Positions 52,737-56,031 of a stretch of DNA of 56,031 nt are shown piece by piece (position 1 is the stretch's first letter; each line of letters opens with the position of its first letter). This DNA comes from a virus. Its lineage: Duplodnaviria > Caudoviricetes. The stretch covers positions 1 through 56,031 of IMG/VR virus record IMGVR_UViG_3300046837_000115. One strand, written 5' to 3'. The position numbers and the translations under genes were made by a program. The notes beneath the pieces are model-generated. The model worked only from the letters and a program-made list of their open reading frames with translations. It was not told the DNA's origin and did not search any database.

Positions 52737-54030
52737 CTGGCGAACCTGGTACATCCGAGGCGGACGCGGCTCCGGCAAGACACGCACGGGGTCGGAGACG
52801 CTCGCGAACTGGATCGTCCAAGGCGGGCCTGATTGTGAGTGGGCGATCGTCGCCCCCACATACGGTGACGCCCGCGACGTCTGTATGGAAGGCAAGTCGT
52901 CTGGTCTGATCCAGGCGCTCGGCGGCCTGCAGTCGCCGCTGGTTATGAACTGGAACCGGTCGATCGGCGAGCTGTACCTCACGAACGGGTCGAAGGTCTA
53001 CATCGACGGCGCCGACGACGGCGCCCTACGCATCCAGGGGAAGAACCTGTCCGGCGCGTGGTGCGACGAGATCGGGCTGTGGCGGTCGTGGGACCGGGCG
53101 TGGAACGAGTCGCTCGCGTTCGCCGTGCGTATCGCGCCCGGCCGGATCGTCGCGACCGGGACACCGAAGATCGGCCATCCATTGGTCGGCCGTCTGATCG
53201 AAGACCCGAACGTGCCGGTCACGTGGATGCGGACGATGGACAACATCGCGAACCTCGACGCGACCACCGTCCGCGAACTCCACGAGCGCTACAGCGGCAC
53301 CCGCGAGGGAGAGCAGGAGCTTGAGGGCGAATACCTGTCCGACGTCGAAGGCGACGTGTTGCGCCGAGACTGGTGGCAGGCGTTCCCGCTCGACTGGCTC
53401 GAAGACACCTGGCGTGGCCCTCCCCCGGACGGGCTGATCTCCAGCTGGGACACGTCGCTGAAGGCGAAGACGTACTCGGACTTCACGGTCGGCACCTTGT
53501 GGATCACAGCAGGGCCGAACGTGTATTTGGCCCGAGTGTTCCGGCAGCGCTGCGGCCTACCCGACGCGATCCAGGCCGTCCGGGATCAGGTCGCCTGGGC
53601 CACGTCGACGTTCACGTTCCTGCCGATGCAGGTGTTGGTCGAGAACACCGCGAACGGCCCCGAGATCATCGCGCGCCTCCGCATGGAGATCCCCGGGATC
53701 ATCCCCGTCAACCCGGACCGCGACAAGATGTCGCGCGCGCAGGCCGCCTCCGTGCTGCTCGAAGCCGGGAACGTGTACGTCCCCGCAGTTCGGCGCGGCG
53801 ACGGCTTGTTGGACACGTCGACCGGTGAGACCCCCGCGTGGGTCGCTGAACTCGTCGACGAGTGCGCCCTGTTCGACGGCACCCCCGGACGGCCCGACGA
53901 CCAGGTCGACTCGTGCTCGATGGCGTGGACGAGGTTCCTCCGCCGCGGCCACGGATTGGACTGGCGCGCCGACGACGCCCCCGACCCGCAGCCGCAGTTC
54001 AGCGCCGGGGTGATGGTCAAGACTTTCTAG
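52636..54030 (+). CDS. terL: Terminase large subunit
   Basis: GGRGSGKT Walker A, AWCDE Walker B, TGTP, SWD, VEN..NG, DDQVD. Confidence 0.92.
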   Translation: MSLPLAEKHDLYRQGRQLLWQETARPAQLEPPGDWRTWYIRGGRGSGKTRTGSETLANWIVQGGPDCEWAIVAPTYGDARDVCMEGKSSGLIQALGGLQSPLVMNWNRSIGELYLTNGSKVYIDGADDGALRIQGKNLSGAWCDEIGLWRSWDRAWNESLAFAVRIAPGRIVATGTPKIGHPLVGRLIEDPNVPVTWMRTMDNIANLDATTVRELHERYSGTREGEQELEGEYLSDVEGDVLRRDWWQAFPLDWLEDTWRGPPPDGLISSWDTSLKAKTYSDFTVGTLWITAGPNVYLARVFRQRCGLPDAIQAVRDQVAWATSTFTFLPMQVLVENTANGPEIIARLRMEIPGIIPVNPDRDKMSRAQAASVLLEAGNVYVPAVRRGDGLLDTSTGETPAWVAELVDECALFDGTPGRPDDQVDSCSMAWTRFLRRGHGLDWRADDAPDPQPQFSAGVMVKTF

Positions 54031-54039
54031 GAGGCGCCC

Positions 54040-55518
54040 GTGCGTGTAGGCCCGTTCCGCATCGAGCGCCACGCCGTGGAAGCAGCAGCCACGCCCGCGC
54101 CGACACCGCCGCGTGCCGAAGCAGAGCGCGGCGCATCAGGCACCCTGAACCTTCACGGGTTCCTCACCCCCGACGAATACTCGCCCGATCTCCGCTGGCC
54201 GCAGAACCTCCTCGTCTACTCGCGGATGCGCCGCTCGGACGCCGCCGTCCGCGAGGCGCTGCAACACATAATCTCGCCGGTCGCCGGTGCCACATGGGAC
54301 GTCGAACCAGCGTCCGACGACCCCGACGACCTGGAGATCGCCGCGTTCGGCCGGAAGGCTTTGTTCGACTGGCCGCACGAGCCATGGGGGGAAACCCTCC
54401 GGACAGCGATGCTGTATCTGGCGCAGGGCTACCAGGTGTTCGAGCTTGTCGAGGACGTGTTCGACGAGCAGCTGTGCTGGGACGACCCGGCCACCCGGCA
54501 ACAGGTCGAAGGCGAGAAGCGCCAGTTCGTGGGGTGGCGGAAGATCGCGCACCGACGGCCGGAGACGATCTACCGGTGGCCCGAGACGAACGGCGACCTG
54601 GAGGGTGTGCAGCAGCTCGCGTACAAGGACGGCAAGTATCAGCTCCTCGACATACCGATCGAAGCGCTCGTGCTGTTCGTCCACGAGAAGGAGGGCGACG
54701 ACTACACCGGCGTGCCGATCCTCCGCTCCGCCTATAAGGCGTGGTGGATGAAGGAGACGATCGAGAAGATCGCCGCCGTCGCCTACGAACGCCACGGCGT
54801 CGGCCTCCCAGTCGCGTACGTGCCCGAGGACGTTAAGGCCGACACCGCCCAGATGTCACGGATCGAGGCGATGCTGGCAGGGATCAAAGCCGGGGAGTTC
54901 AGCTACCTCGTGTTCCCAGGCCCGAAAGGCGCCGCGCCCACCAGTGGCGGCGGCGTTGGCGGCTACACGTTCGAGATCGTGTCACCCTCCGGCGGCATCC
55001 CAGACTTCTACCCGTTCCTTGAGTACCTCCGCGGCGAGATCAAAGGCAACGTGTTGGCCCGCTTCTCCGAGCTGGGCCACGGCCGCACCGGCGCTAGGGC
55101 GACGGGTGACACCCAGTCTCAAATCTGGTACGACGCGTTGAAGGCCACCGCCGCCTACGTCGCCGAGGTGTGGCAGGAAGCCCTGAACCGGCTGATCGAC
55201 AAGAACTACACGACCGACAAGTACCCGACCGTCGTCGCGAACGACATCGAAACACGGTCGCTCGAAGAGTTCGCTGACGCGACTGCGAAGCTCGTCGGGT
55301 CCGGCGCTGTGGTGACGGACAAGTCGTTCCGGCAGGCGGTCAGGGACCAGATGGGCTGGCCCGACGAGGACGAGGTCGACGAGACGACGCCTGCCGAGCC
55401 GGGCGGCCCACTAGAGGAAGACCCAACCGCGCTACCGCAACCAGGACAGCCGCAGCAGAACGGCAACCCACCGCCAGGGCAGATGCCCACCCAGCAGCCG
55501 CAACCGACCAGGTACTAG
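54040..55518 (+). CDS. Portal protein (Mu gp29/DUF935-like)
   Basis: Follows terL; G...FE.V, G..ILR..Y..W..K, ERHG.GLP motifs. Confidence 0.85.
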   Translation: MRVGPFRIERHAVEAAATPAPTPPRAEAERGASGTLNLHGFLTPDEYSPDLRWPQNLLVYSRMRRSDAAVREALQHIISPVAGATWDVEPASDDPDDLEIAAFGRKALFDWPHEPWGETLRTAMLYLAQGYQVFELVEDVFDEQLCWDDPATRQQVEGEKRQFVGWRKIAHRRPETIYRWPETNGDLEGVQQLAYKDGKYQLLDIPIEALVLFVHEKEGDDYTGVPILRSAYKAWWMKETIEKIAAVAYERHGVGLPVAYVPEDVKADTAQMSRIEAMLAGIKAGEFSYLVFPGPKGAAPTSGGGVGGYTFEIVSPSGGIPDFYPFLEYLRGEIKGNVLARFSELGHGRTGARATGDTQSQIWYDALKATAAYVAEVWQEALNRLIDKNYTTDKYPTVVANDIETRSLEEFADATAKLVGSGAVVTDKSFRQAVRDQMGWPDEDEVDETTPAEPGGPLEEDPTALPQPGQPQQNGNPPPGQMPTQQPQPTRY

Positions 55519-56031
55519 ATGTCCAGTCTTGAGGTCGACCCGGTCGCGATCGGCACCGGCGAAACGTTCGGCACCACGGGCGTGTCCCGAGACTTCCTCG
55601 GCGGCCTCTACCAGGGATCCACGCTATACGGCGCCGGGCTCGACGGCGCCCTGGTCGTCGACACCAACCCCTTCAACGCGAACGACAGATTCGGCGAACC
55701 ACTCGTTGTCGCGAACGTGCTGCAACGCGACGCGTCGTTCACCGACCTGACCATCTTCCAGGAATGCCAGCTTGAACTGGTCATGCCCCGCGCCCTGTAC
55801 GCGAACGACGTCGTCGCGTCGCTGTTCGTGTCCGGGGCTCTTCTCAACCAGGGCCGGATCACCGCCACACCCGCAGCGGCCAGCAGCTTCACCGCAGCGC
55901 ATCCGGTGGCTGGTCTGATCGGAGGCGGCGACGCGTTCGGCGCAGATGGCGCCACTGGGGTCGGCACGGTCGGCAGCGGCTACGGCGGGCTCGGCAACAA
56001 AGGCGGCAAAGGCGGAGACTCCCCCATCCAT
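55519..56031 (+). CDS. Partial Gly-rich virion protein, open at the window end
   Basis: MSSLEVDPVAIGTGETFGT...YGAGLDGALVV...GGLGNKGGKGG; 171 codons with no stop. Confidence 0.65.
   Translation, partial: MSSLEVDPVAIGTGETFGTTGVSRDFLGGLYQGSTLYGAGLDGALVVDTNPFNANDRFGEPLVVANVLQRDASFTDLTIFQECQLELVMPRALYANDVVASLFVSGALLNQGRITATPAAASSFTAAHPVAGLIGGGDAFGADGATGVGTVGSGYGGLGNKGGKGGDSPIH

Overview
A near-complete, circularly permuted, high-GC tailed (siphovirus-like) phage genome, probably infecting an actinobacterium (inferred from GC-rich codon usage and gene families). Order from the terminase: terS-terL-portal (52.3-55.5 kb); across the window ends, a ~13.7 kb block of repeat, lectin and glycosidase-like putative virion decoration genes; minor head protein, Mu-type protease/scaffold, cement and major capsid; a 1042-aa GT2-TPR-methyltransferase-GT4 fusion; neck, tail tube, frameshifted chaperone, tape measure and minor tails; an expanded lysis/membrane cluster; a divergent HTH/RHH switch; and an early region (RecT, HNH, SbcD/SbcC, three DNA methyltransferases, replication initiator with iterons, radical SAM). 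I saw no integrase or tRNA. The standout element is at 47780-49115: a nuclease-less IS110/Nop-like protein followed directly by 15 perfectly phased 36-nt units, each with two 9-nt variable spacers between two alternating 9-nt repeats. This is the architecture of a TIGR-Tas (TasA-type) RNA-guided system. Also notable: an HNH gene nested in another frame inside an open methyltransferase ORF that also carries a LAGLIDADG insert without intein motifs, and a switch-like RNA leader that can occlude the glycosyltransferase start codon. All family calls come from motif recognition by eye, not database searches.
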